From Octopus sinensis (Eukaryota), in the NCBI RefSeq assembly GCF_006345805.1, contig NC_043001.1, positions 105,896,001 to 105,960,000 of the forward strand: 64,000 nucleotides of DNA, given 5' to 3'. Below are positions 1 through 12,684 of this stretch, in pieces (the first letter of the stretch is position 1; each line of letters starts with the position of its first letter). Made by a program: the position numbers and the translations under genes. A model generated the notes under the pieces. The model was not told the origin of the DNA. It worked only from the letters and a program-made list of their open reading frames with translations, and ran no database searches.

Positions 1-729
1 CTCGATCTGCCTTTGTAAAATATACCACGGCTTTAGCAATTTTGCTTTGCGTTTTATATTTCCATTTGCAACTGTTTCTGCCTTCGGTGGTGATAGACAG
101 GAAGTCTCCAGTTGAGTTAGTAGTTGTGTTGGTATTGTTTTCTCAGCAGAGAAATTTTTCTGTTGATTGTTATCTGTTGGTGGAGTGGAAGTGAAAGAGG
201 TTAGAGAAAGAGAGAGTTTACAGACGTATTAATGATTTTTCTATGAATTAGTCTGTCCTGCTGTCAGAGATGATGTTTTGGTTAAGCAAGTAGATGGTAT
301 TGCTGCTCTTGTCGCAGCTGCCGATTTTTATCGCTGCCGTTGTGTTGGTGGTGGCAGTGGTGGTGTTTAGCTGTTTGTTGCTGCTGCTACTACTATCCTT
401 TCTTTCCGTCGTCGGCGTAATTGCTGCTGGTAGCGACGATTAGGTTTACATTCATTAGTGTTGGGAATGAGGCGCCAAGAAGCGTCGTTCTATTATCTTG
501 TTGAAAACTCTGTCACCACAATTTGATGACTTTAATAGTTATGTTTCAAGAAAAAAGTGCCAAAATCTGCTACGGAATCAATACGGTGTTACAACCTTTG
601 CCAATTTCAAAGAGATTCACGTGCGATTCGAAAGGAAAACTTGGCTGATGCAAAAGTACAATATTAATAATTTATATTTTATTTAGACAATGAAGATAAT
701 GAGGATGATACTCATACTACTCCTAATTA

Positions 730-912
730 TAATGGTTTCAAATTTAGGCACAATACCAGCAATTTCGTGCGAGTGGGTATGTCGACTGAAGCGACACCAC
801 AGCTCAAATGATATTTATTTTATGGATCCCAAAAGATGAAAGGCAAACACGACCTCAGCAGAATTTAAACTGAGGACTGGAAAACGGACAAAATACCGCT
901 AGCATTTTGCCC
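730..912 (-). mobile_element. SINE family B copy (degenerate)
   Basis: Reverse complement matches the family B body (TTTGCCTTTCATC..., AAAATAAATATC) and tail (GCTGGTATTGTGCCTAAATTTGAAACC) seen in other copies. Confidence 0.7.
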
Positions 913-1134
913 ATTGAGCTCATTGTGCTACTAAGATTCTGCCAGAAAGTCGCCTTTGATAGTTATAATAATAAGACAACAAACATTACAGACACTAATA
1001 CAACAAATAGAAACAGAATTGAAAGAAGATGCTAATGTAAATAATAATAATAAACAGATTATCGCCGGGACATTTAACGAGATTACACCGGGGAAGTGCA
1101 ATGAGATTACACCGGCATAATTCAAAAGTCTAAG

Positions 1135-1830
1135 AAAAGCAAATATTGACAAGACTCTATCAGATCGCAAATGTAGTAACTGAGGGAAAGGAAACGAGAG
1201 TATCAATCACCTTTTGAATGAGTACATTATAGTAGCAAATACGGATTATCAGTCAAAAGTGTGCATTGGGATGTTAGTTGAGTGTGAGGGTTCAAAACTA
1301 CTGAAATGTGGTTTGAACAGGAACGAGAGGCTGTGATAGAAAATAGGAAGTGTAAGTCCTTGTGGGGACTTCCCCATAAAAACTGACCCTACTATTGAAG
1401 CATGAAGGACGGATATGATAATAGAGGACAAAATGAACGATGTAAAATCATAGATTTTCTAATTCCCATTGATAGCAGAGTCTTTTTTTCAAAATTCGAG
1501 AAATGTCAAAATATTGAGAATTTTCTAAAAAATTGAGAAATGTCAAAATCTAGACAGAGAGGTGGGGAGACTGGAAGTCCAAGACAACAATTATTCATAT
1601 AGTAATTGGTGTATTTGGCAAAACATTCAAGATGCTGCCTCAAGGAATGAAAGAGTCTGGAATTGAAAGTCACATTGTCGACCTGTAGAAATGTACCATC
1701 CTATATATTCTACAAGAATTCTAAAAAATGATCCTTGAGATTTGAGGAGACATCTTGTCACTAAACCGCAAGATAAAATACTAAATAATTTGCATACACT
1801 AGCGGAATAATAGCATAATTACAATTCTTA
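1135..1830 (+). mobile_element. R4/Dong-type non-LTR retrotransposon 3' relic (zinc knuckle + RLE endonuclease), pseudogenised
   Basis: Manual translation across stops and frameshifts: KANIDKTLSDRKCSN*GKGNESINHLL (decayed CCHC knuckle), WFEQEREAVIENRKCKSLW/DFPIKTDPTIEA*RTDMIIED, CKIIDFLIPID, IHIVIGVFG. Ends in a TAA-rich tail. Same domain as 44279-44700. Confidence 0.8.
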
Positions 1831-3485
1831 AATATAGCATGTAGCGATTAAGATACGCTGAATTGTACGGAGTTTATAACAATATTCAATAATAGAATTG
1901 CGATTTCCTAGTTTATTTGACCCTGGCAAAAATATATGAATTACAGAGTATTTCGAAAATAATTTTTTACTATATTTGTAAATCTTGAAGAAATTTTGTT
2001 CGTACGATGTTAATGAATAATTTTTGTTTTTTCGTATGGCAGGAAACATTTTAGCTAAAACAATTATAAAATTTATATATTCCACCAGACTTTTTAAATT
2101 ATAATTAATATGGTAGCTAAATGTAACCATCTAATTTAAAACACTGAATACGTGTAATTATAACCAAAAATATGTGTAATAAATGTACCGGCTACATTAT
2201 AATTCAAGTACATTTTGAAATCTTATTTTAAAAAATATTTTCCATTCCTGTATTTCTGCATTTTAACTCATTATTCTCAATTAAGATAACTGTATTTCTA
2301 TTTCATGCTTGTTTTAATTTCCTAATTTAATTTTCTTAAAAATTTAATAGGATAATTTATCTAATTTTATTTTGCAGTCTTAGAATCTATAAACTAACGG
2401 ACATATTGTAATTAATTGTGAAGAGCAGCTCTCATAATGTTTTCTACTTAATGAGTACATTTCCATCATGACAATATTTGTATATCTGCACGTTGTTGAC
2501 GTTCAGCTATTTGCTTTCTATCATTTTATTACAAACAGTGCATCAATTCATTATCAACATTGTAATCGATGAAAGATATTTAGTATTGCATTTGAATAAG
2601 AAATTGTGTACGAAGCAATATCAGGAAAGTGAATAAATTGTTTCAGTATCGCTGTTGCATTGCTCGAATTTCATAATAACCAGGTTATTATTTCGCTAAC
2701 ATTTACAGACATAACATATTTATATAAAGGATACCGTAGACTAATCATTCCAGATTATCTTGTATGATCGTCTTTGTTTCAGTACAAACTAATTTATATG
2801 ATAATACGTTAATTCAATAAATGCTATAATTTTAATATTAACTTCTATTATGCAAGCCACAACGAAAGATATCGATAGTTTTAGAGGAAATTTAATGTAT
2901 AAACAGATATAAAATTTCTCTGTCTACATAATTTATCCCAAACACACAAAAAGTAATATTTGGAGTTAGTTTAATTCTTCCATTAAGATTTCAATAAAAC
3001 GTTCACACCTGCATTTATCTGCGAAGATATTAGTTATAATCACTCTATAGTTAATTAAAATGGATAGATGCACGATTCATTAAAGTTGATTGTTTGGGAA
3101 TATAAATATAATTGTGAGTTGCGAGTACTCTGATTTGATATTACTTCGCAAAGTGGATTGTATCGCTAGAAATCTTCCCAACACTGTATGCGATGTCTGA
3201 GTTAAGCATCTTGCCTGCAGGGACAATATTTATTTATCAACGGAATAGTCATCTTAGTTTACTATCCTTTGCTACGTATTTATGGACGAGTGAGTTATCT
3301 CATTTAATTGTACACTACGATAATTTTATAAATCGAATATTATCAAGATATTCATAAAACTCCAAACATCACTGCATATATAAGGCGTTCAAGGCAGCAG
3401 GTAACGATAATAACATACAGGTGAATTCAACGTTTTTTGCCGCTTGCCAAACACAGCATTGACTCACATAAACACCGCGGTGGTA

Positions 3486-3691
3486 CAGTAATCCCTCGAC
3501 TATCACGGGTGTTACGTTCCAAGACCTCTCACAGAAATAATTAAAATCTATAAAAGCATAATACCTATTGGCCGCAGAAACCCGCGATATACTGAGGAGT
3601 CCGCGATATAAATTTACATATATTAGCCAGGAAAAATCAGCGATGTACTGAGTGCATGATAGGTGAACCGCGATATGGTGAGGTATTGTTG
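3486..3691. mobile_element. pogo/Tigger-like MITE
   Basis: TA-flanked; left TIR CAGTAATCCCTCGACTATCACGGG, degenerate right TIR ...CGCGATATGGTGAGGTATTGTTG; related shorter copy at 43202. Confidence 0.7.
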
Positions 3692-5207
3692 TATACAAAA
3701 TATACCCGTAGGTATAAAAATAAGTATCTAAAGGATACTCTTCAATACTGTGTTGAGATTTCATCGCTGACATATAAAGGAAATTGAAGTTAATACCGAC
3801 CAGAAATATTTTCGGTCCATGTATATATTGCATATACAGATAAGGTGTTGGCACTCGTCCTTGCGTATTATTTTGATAAAAATCTACATTTTGTAGTGCT
3901 GTGATTTCAAAAGCAAATGAAATTATACAAATGAGAGCATGAAATATATGTGATCATCTTGAACATTTTAAGCTCTGTCTAAAACAATATTCGGAATACT
4001 AACGTCAAAATGTTCGTAAAAAGTATCCGTAATACCCTCCCAAGCGAACAAATGTGTTCCAGGCGTCATGTTATTTAATAACAACCACAACGTTTTCAAC
4101 CTATGATAGACATTTGTTTTTTCTTTCTATTACATTTTCATCACAGCCAACGGAGAAGCTTTGTTTTACATATTTCATGATTGCCTAACAGCACTATATT
4201 AATGACTGGATGCATAATGTATAACAATTTGTATTACAAATTTGCAAAACCAGGGCTTTTTTTACAGCGCATTCTAGTCGGATACTTATATATGATTGCG
4301 TTTTCCCAGTATGGTTGTGTAGAACAACATCAGAACACATATATTTCACCTTGAGCACGATCATATTTCTAAAAACAATTTTTATGTTTACAAAATGTTA
4401 TCAGGTCTTAATATTTGATTGATAAACCTGAAAGCAGATAAAGTTGATAGTATGTTGACTTTATTCTAAACTTAAAACGTGATATCCTTTTGACTTAGAT
4501 GAGACAATAAAAGCTTTAAACAATGTAATGGCAAACTGCTCTGTTATACCTTATGCAGTAAACAAAATCGATATGCAGCATTTTATAACGATCACCGACA
4601 ATTTCTCCATTGTCGAATTAACCTTTGGTCAGATAATGGATTTGTCTCATGAAACTAAGAATGGTAAGATTATTTCATACAAGATAAAGAGAGCTACGTA
4701 CTTAAATACGAACAGAATGGTTGTGAAATATTTATATAAACAATGATGAACAATTTTCTGTCTCAAATTTCTGATTTATGGTAAAGCATTCACACACTAA
4801 TAGCAGTTGAATTAACCATGTACTGTTTATTTCTTTTTCCCTTATACCAACGAGTGATACAAATCCATTGACATGTTGCATGTTTCTTTTTTCATATTCA
4901 CATTACATGATACACACTTGCAGCTAACTGTTTTGATCTCTATTTTTTTTCAATGAAGCCTGCCTAGCGTGACAATTAACTTCTACTTCTACGAAGCAGA
5001 TTCTAAACTAAACCTGATATATTTTTACAAGTTTTCTGAAAAAAGCATATCGTTATTAGTTTACCAGTTCGTCTAAAGCTTGTTATGAATATTACTCCAG
5101 TTTATCATTTAGACGTAACCTTTTAAAATAGTAATACATTAGTTAATAGTACGCAGCCGTTCTTTTGTGTTGCGGACGTAACAAATATTTCATGGTAAAT
5201 CAAGGCA

Positions 5208-5422
5208 ACGAGCCGGCAGAATCATTAGCACAAGACACAGTATGCTTGGTGGTATTTCGTCTGTCTTTTTGTTCTGAGTTCAAATTCCGCCGAGTGCAAC
5301 TTAGCATTTCATCGTTTCGAAGTCAAGGAAAAATGTAATTACAAGTTGAGGAATTGCGTCGAAATAATTGACTTACTCCCTCCCCCGAAATTGCTGGCCT
5401 TGTACCCAAATTTGAAACCAAT
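5208..5422 (+). mobile_element. SINE family B copy
   Basis: GAGCCGGCAGAATCATTAGC head, GAGTTCAAATTCC B-box-like motif, tail GCTGGCCTTGTACCCAAATTTGAAACC. Confidence 0.8.
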
Positions 5423-8264
5423 ATAATATTGCAAATTATATATTAGTTTGGCTTAGCATGTATCTAATATCAACAGTTATCTCTAGTAAGTAATATCTTC
5501 AAGCAAATGCAAAATTCCTTAATATCAATATGATACGTGAGTGGACGGAATGATGCAATCTCAGGAAGAAAATTAAATTTATTTGATTAGTATTTAATTA
5601 TCGATTTTCTATCATATCTGAATTATTTCCAAAGATAAAAATCCATGGCTCATTGTTCATGAACAGAGATATTTAATTAGATTATCTGAGAACAACTTAT
5701 TTTATAAGTTGTTCAGCAACATTCATTGACTCAATGAAGTTGAAATACAACTGAAGTAATTCAATTCTCAGAAAGGATAGCAACGACCTTTTTCAATATA
5801 TATTTATCCTCAAGAATATTTCCTAATTAAGACACTTTGTCAATAAACTCCCGCACATAACTGTTTTTCACTTGTTTCTCACACATTGCTAATGCTTTAT
5901 AAATACAACGTATAGTTTTATGAATCAAAGTATGCACTCATTTTGTCAATATACTTTTGCCATTTCAGCGGTGTCTTGTCCAGCCCGAAACTGTAAAAGC
6001 CTAGCAATCTGTATGTGTGTGGCTAAACACCGTTCTGCGTCAGTATTTCGTTGAAGACGTTGGAAGATGTAGAGCGTTGAAAATAAAGAGTATAATTCAA
6101 AATCAAGCGAAACGAACCGCCACAGAAATGAACGAGAACGACAAATATAGATATTCCCTAGTTTTTCTGCTCATCGTCTCTGTATAATCGATTCATCCAC
6201 GTGACAAACTCTAGGTCCGAGATATATAGACATAGCGTAAAATGTATCTGATGATGTGCTTCAGCGCCACATAAATGAAACATTATTCAATTATTGTGTT
6301 AGAACCAGCTCTATAATCTAAAAGCTATCAAAGTTACATACTTCATATGTGTTGTTAAACGCTTTTATGCTGTAGTATTTCACCCAAGAATGGTCCATTT
6401 ATTGTTTAGATGAAATGAAATCCTGTTCACAACTTCATATTTTTCTTAAGGGATTGATATATCGATATATGCTTCAATAAATGTAAAATTTCATTCAATT
6501 TTCCACTACAGACTTATTGGAATATTCTATTTAGTCAGACTGCATATTGCTTTATAATACTGACTATACGATTGATAATTATTTTTGTATAAAAATATGC
6601 ACAAAATAACATAATTCTATCAAACATTTATATGAACTAACGTCACGATATTTTACGAGCATTTCGTCTCATAATCTAATACTGTAAATTTAAATCTGAT
6701 ATTGGCTTTTAATGCATTTTCGAAAGTAAGTCGAAATAATGAATGACGTCAAAGCATTCAATGTACGGAGGTACGTTTCCATGGTAGTATTCTTGAATGT
6801 ACCTTCATACTTATACATGGAGCAAATACAAACTAAACTATCAGAAACAAGTTTCTAGAAAATGTATTTAAGTACCAGCTTCTAATACCATATGTATTGC
6901 GAGAAGTCTATATTTGATGATTGTTTAGGCATCTTGTGTTTCAGAAATCGTGATTCAGCGTGGGATTTCGTAACGGTAAAATTATTTTTCATTAATTCAT
7001 ATAGAAATAAATGATCATAGAATTCTATAAAAATTTTGTTAGCTCTTCCCATTCATCATTCAACAAAATGTTGAGGAAAATAACGCTTCCTTAACGCAGG
7101 GCTATAGTTTCCTAGGTGTCCACAAATGACAAAAAAAATTGCTGTACTTATGAATTATGTCACGAGGTATGTGACAAGGCAAGGTCGACCTCGGTGGTAT
7201 TTTAACACAGACGAAACGGTGCTAAGAATATTTCCTGGTGTGCTAACTGTTCTAGTATCTCGCCGATTTGGTGGAGGAGTAAATAGTTAAAACAAAAAGT
7301 GTTGATTTTGTTAAATTTATGCAGCAGTCTCACATCCTATAAAGAAAGGTCAAGCCTCATTGTATTGTTAATGTGGATGAAGAAGAAGGTTTCGTCTGTC
7401 TCAAGAAAGAGCAGTTCGTTGTGTAATATTTTTACATAATCAACGGATCCTGCGGTCACGATATACGAAGCTGGCACAGTCGTAGTATTCAGTATACCAA
7501 ACATAGAATCAAATAAATTTAATACTATACTTTTATAAATATGGTGATGCCTTTGTTGAATAGATGGAGAACTCCAGGATATGTTTTAGTCATTCTATGC
7601 TGTTAAAGTAATATAATGATATTAGAAGTAATGAATAGTCATTTTATATGTATTTTACTTGAAAGCATACCATTATTTCTATTGGTGAATATATTTTATT
7701 TTATTTTTTGTGTGAAAAAAATATATTCTTTCGGTGAAAAGACACGTTTCTATACGGAGTTAGAGTGAGAGAGAGAGAGAGTGAGTGAGTGAAAGTCAGA
7801 ATGTCATCCATGATATCACTTGAAACAGCAGCGGGAATGATTCGCGAGACATAGGGGCCTTAGGCAGAGTTTACGTAGGCGCCCACAACTCGTCTCTGTT
7901 TCTACCCCAAGCATTAAGTTACGCCTTTCAAATAAACTTTGAAGAATACTTTTTAAGTAAACAACATTCAGTTTATATTTTGTTATTCATGTTGCTCATA
8001 AACATCTGCCACTCATTCAGCTGATGTCACTTGTTAAGTGTTCGTAAGATTCATTAAAAATCTGTATGGATGATTCTAACCGCATGAAACCGTCCTTCTC
8101 TTTAGCCGTGATGATAACGGCAACCTTGCTGCATTTATCGTGATAGGTAGAGGCAGAAGGTGTCTGAGTTAGTATAATAATTGATTTGGATATAGCTCGT
8201 TGAAATGGGTAATTGCAAGGGTAGAGTTTTGAAGTGATAGACATTATATTTATGAGACATGAGA

Positions 8265-8610
8265 CTAGTTAGTCCGCCTCATGGTCCCGGTGGATGGCAA
8301 GGGAAATGCGCAAGAACAGCCACGCCAACACACAGGGCCTGCACTTGCAGATAGCAGTGAGAAGGGCCTGTTGTCCCGGCTCCAAGAACTTAGGATATCT
8401 CCAATTACATCATGTTCGACCAAAGAATTGTCTAAGAGCGACCGATACGAAAAGCAAAGTGTGGGGTGGTGTCGCAGAATGTGGAATTCCTGATGAGGGT
8501 GAGTCAACCGTCGCCGCATGAGATAATTGTCATTCCGTCTATTCTTTTACAGTCTACTTTGTCCAGACCCGCTGACTCGAGCTGGGAAGGGAAGCCTGGT
8601 GCCGATGTAA
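8265..8610 (-). mobile_element. CRE-clade non-LTR retrotransposon RLE-domain relic
   Basis: Minus-strand frames give GFPSQLESAGLDKVDCKRIDGMTII (cf. PSxLEPxGLxRxDGKRPDGxT), LLFVSVAL (cf. FxPxAxET) and VLAWLFLRISLAIHRD (cf. LxQRISxAxQRGN). Confidence 0.7.
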
Positions 8611-8616
8611 CAACTG

Positions 8617-9018
8617 TCTCTTTTACTCTGTTACTTGTTTCAGTCATTTGACTGCGACCATGCTGGAGCACCGCCTTTAGTAGAGCAACTCGACCCCGGG
8701 ACTTATTCTTTGTAAGCCCAGTACTTATTCTATCGGTCTCTTTTGCCGAACCGCTACGTGACGGGGACATAGACACACCAGCATCGGTTGTCAAGCAATG
8801 CTAGAGGGACAAACACAGACACACAAACCTACACGCACATACATATAAAACACATATATACGACGGGCTTCTTTCAGTTTCCGTCTACCAAATCCACTCA
8901 CAAGGCTTTGGTCGGCCCGAGGCTAGAAGACATTTACCCAAGTTGCCACGCAGTGGAACTGAACCCGGAACCATGTGATTGATAAGCAAGCTACTTACCA
9001 CACAGCCACTCCTGCGCC
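8617..9018 (-). mobile_element. SINE family A copy (tRNA-like head, CORE-like domain, internal microsatellite)
   Basis: Near full-length reverse-complement match to the copy at 26212-26614. Confidence 0.9.
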
Positions 9019-9481
9019 TATGTCGTATATGATTCAATAGTTTTCATATACGATGTAAGCGAAATTGTATATTTCTGTGTTGCGAATTGACAAGTTACTC
9101 ACCATTCGTGGTTTGTTGGCACCGGAGCGCCATTTATTCGATAAACTTGTTTCACAAATGGTATTTGTGTCTTTATAAAATTCACACTTATCTGATTTCG
9201 GCTTTGTACAATCTAAAATATATCCATATTTGCATTTGCTTTATGAACTGTTTAATCCAGTGGTTCAATTAACTGCAATATCATATACATACCACATTCC
9301 GCATATCACAATAAAACTTACCAAAACTTGATGCCAATGGACAACTTGAGTGATAAACATTGTCTATCTTACTTGTCGAATGTGTTTGAGAATTTATACA
9401 CTTTGTCATACACACACTTGCATAATACATACATTTAACAAAATCAACCATTTTTCTTTTAACTATTAACTTCTCCACGAA

Positions 9482-9640
9482 AGCGGCGAGATAGAACAGT
9501 TAGCACGCCAGGAAATATTCTTAGCATCGTTTCGTCTGAGTTCAAATACCACCGAGGTCGACCTTGCTTTTTATACTTTTGGGACGATAAAATAAGTACA
9601 ATATCCAGCATTGGGGTGGACGTGGTCGACTTACCTCCTT
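9482..9640 (+). mobile_element. SINE family B copy
   Basis: GCGGCGAGATAGAACAGTTAGCACGCCAGG...GAGTTCAAATACC...GAGGTCGACC...ATAAAATAAGTAC. Confidence 0.75.
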
Positions 9641-10099
9641 CAAAAAAGGAGAAACCAATATTTTTATTTCAATCTAACAAAAATATATTATCAATTCTAC
9701 CATAAACACAAAGGATTATGTTAATATATCTTCCTATATATACATATAATGTGTATGTGTGTGTGCGCGTGTGTGTAATAATATGCAATACCAAATAAGC
9801 CATTCGTCTTCTTTTATTGTTGTTTTATGTTACGATCTCGGTTCCATTGGTTGTTGGATATTTTTGGATACTATTCCATTTGTGGATTTACCTAACAACG
9901 CTGAACATCCCTCGATCGATGCGTTCAGTTATAAAATTGGATTAATAAACTATCGGTTTCGCGTCATTCCGTCTCACCAATGTGCTATTTGCCCAGATTC
10001 CTTTGCGATTCCATGTAATCAAAGCTACATTTTATACACGAATATATATTTTTAGCTAAACTTTTTGTAGCTTCAACTTTTTCCTATTGTCGTTTCTCT

Positions 10100-10350
10100 C
10101 AATCCGCACTTCTTGCCTCGCCTCCCCCTCCCTTTCCTTTCCCTTTTGTTTTCTCTTCCCCCTATCTTCTCTTTTCCTCTCTGTTTCTTCCTTCTTCCTC
10201 CTTCATTCTCTCCTTGTTTTTTTCTGTGTTCATTTCTGTCGAAGAGCCTAGGCTCGAAACGTAAAAGACTTTTTCACTGCCCGAGCTTTAAACTAATTAA
10301 CTTGTTGTTGTTTACACACCCATCTTCGTCTTTCTTTTTATAAATTCTCA
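10100..10350 (+). mobile_element. Penelope-like pLTR/3' tail fragment carrying a minimal hammerhead-like motif
   Basis: Pyrimidine tract, then TTT-CTGTCGA-A-GAGCCTAGGCTC-GAAACGTA-AAA (10233-10266), then a T-rich tail. Same architecture as 46085-46260. Confidence 0.6.
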
Positions 10351-10351
10351 C

Positions 10352-10448
10352 TATATATATATATATATCACCCACGTGTCAGCACATGTTGCTAACAAAT
10401 ACATACACACACATACATATATATGTATGTATATATATATGTATATAT

Positions 10449-10491
<43 letters not shown>

Positions 10492-10537
10492 GTATGCATG
10501 TATGAATGCATGTATGTATATGTACATGTATGTTATA

Positions 10538-10606
<69 letters not shown>

Positions 10607-10616
10607 GTATATATAT
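10352..10616. repeat. (TA)n/(CA)n/(TATG)n compound microsatellite
   Basis: Direct inspection; source of the spurious YI/IY ORFs. Confidence 0.95.
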
Positions 10617-10804
10617 GGCAACGACGCGAATGAGTACTCAACACTGCACTGGTAGATAGAATTCCTTTATTCGTGTATTAAAGCTACCATTGGTTTCAAT
10701 TGAAGAAGAATACCTTCATATCGAAACAAATTTTCTTAAGAAATCCTAACATATTTTCTTAACATAAAACCAATGGTAGCTTTGATACACACACACATAC
10801 ACAC

Positions 10805-10835
<31 letters not shown>

Positions 10836-11344
10836 AAAGTATGTATGTATGTATGACTGTATGTGTGTATGTCTCTATGCATGTATTTATGCGTGACTGT
10901 CTGTGTGCGTGTGTGTATATGTATGTTGTAAATAGATGCCATCTCTACAATGACCTCATCATAAATTTAAATATATTTCTTTGTTTTTGATTATAAATCT
11001 TGTTGCTCTTCATATCTTTAAAATCAGAATATATTACAATATATTACAATAAATTATAGCCTAGTTTATCTCATCATTTTGTGACATTCCAAGTTATTAT
11101 AATTAAAGAAATTAAAAGTTGCCAATGTGAATTGGAAGTAAAAATCTTCGAATATTATTTGTGTCATAAAAGTAATGAAATATCTGAACTAAATCATGCG
11201 AAAAAAGCATTAAGCAAACTTATAAATACGAATTTATTTCTTCTTTACATATTTATTATTATGTCATTATTAATAAATCGGATTAGAACATAATTTAATT
11301 CTAAGTCAAGAAATGAAGTGGAAATGCATCGTTTTAAACCTGGT

Positions 11345-11371
11345 TATTAGTATTTTATTATTATTATTATA

Positions 11372-11451
<80 letters not shown>

Positions 11452-11465
11452 ATTGTTATTATTTA
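11345..11465. repeat. (TTA)n microsatellite
   Basis: Direct inspection. Confidence 0.95.
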
Positions 11466-12265
11466 TAAATTTTGTGCATATTTGTACCTTAGATATAAAT
11501 TATACGGAATATTAATTTAATAAAATATTTTCGAAAGATATTAGATGTAACACATTTTTCATACGAAACGAATTAAATGAGCTCAATGTAAACTAGTTGT
11601 TTTATTTAGTAGAAAACTCTACTGTAAATCCTGAAACCTAGTTCAAACATCTAACAGTGAGTTTATATTGCATTGGTAGATAATATCAATATTTGCTTCT
11701 TTCAAAACGTTTACCATGAAGTTAGATAAATTTTATATAAAATATGCAGCTTTCAGCAAATAAGTTAAGAGATTATCTGAGCAGTGAAAGTAAATACAAT
11801 TTTCGAATGCCACTCAATTATCACAACATACATCCTCCGAGCGTTTCTCATATATCATAAATGGCAATTTTGCTTTCGTACAATAAAGAACGGGTATTGT
11901 TGAAATTTGCTCTGCATCAAGGAGCAGATACAGAAATACTGTTTTCCTTGGTATGGTCTGAAGTTACTAAATTCATTTTATATGAGTATACCCTATACAT
12001 TTTGTTTTTGTACAATGGTTACGATACTCTATTCTATGTAATGCTTCTTCCGCATCTTTCATGCTGCAGACGAATTTATAAAGCATAGACAGCTTTTACT
12101 GAAAGACCCAATAAATATGTTGTAATAGACTAGGCTTTGACTATATTTCCAGTAACGCCGATTTATATCTTCATGGTTTTATCAATGTCACAGAAACCGG
12201 TTTCTAATACCAGTCGCTTCTCTGTTAACTGTTATTTAGACCTCACTTGATAGTGTGTCTGAAAA

Positions 12266-12684
12266 AGGCGGCGAGCTGGTAGAAACGTTAGCACGTCGGG
12301 GGGAAATGCGTAGCCGTATTTCGTCTGCCGTTACGTTCTGAGTTCAAATTCCTCTGAGGTCGAGTTTGCCTTTCATCCTTTCGGAGTCAATTAAATAAGT
12401 ACCAGCTACGCACTGAGGTCGATGTAATCGACTTAATTGGTTTGTCTGTCCTTGTTTGTCCTCTCTGTGTTTAGCCCCTTGTGGGTAGTAAAGAAATAGG
12501 CATTTCGTCTGCCGCTACGTTCTGAGTTCAAATTCCGCCGAGGTCGACTTTGCCTTTCATCCTTTCGCGGTCAATTAAATAAGCACCAGTTACGCACTGG
12601 GGTAGATATAATCGACTTAATCCGTTCGTCTGTCCTTGTTTGTCCCCTCTGTGCTTAGCCTCTTGTGGATAGTAAAGATATAGC
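12266..12684 (+). mobile_element. SINE family B, dimeric-body copy with 13-bp TSD
   Basis: Head, then a 184-bp unit twice (starts 12317 and 12501); flanked by AGTGTGTCTGAAA at 12251-12263 and 12685-12697. Confidence 0.9.

Noticed and set aside
6246-6285. CTGATGA...GAAAC hammerhead candidate
   Set aside because: Stem II is not adjacent to GAAA and there is no usable stem I or III.
12317-12684. CRISPR-like or other repeat-spacer array
   Set aside because: Repeats are 184-bp SINE units with no unique spacers; eukaryotic context and no cas genes.
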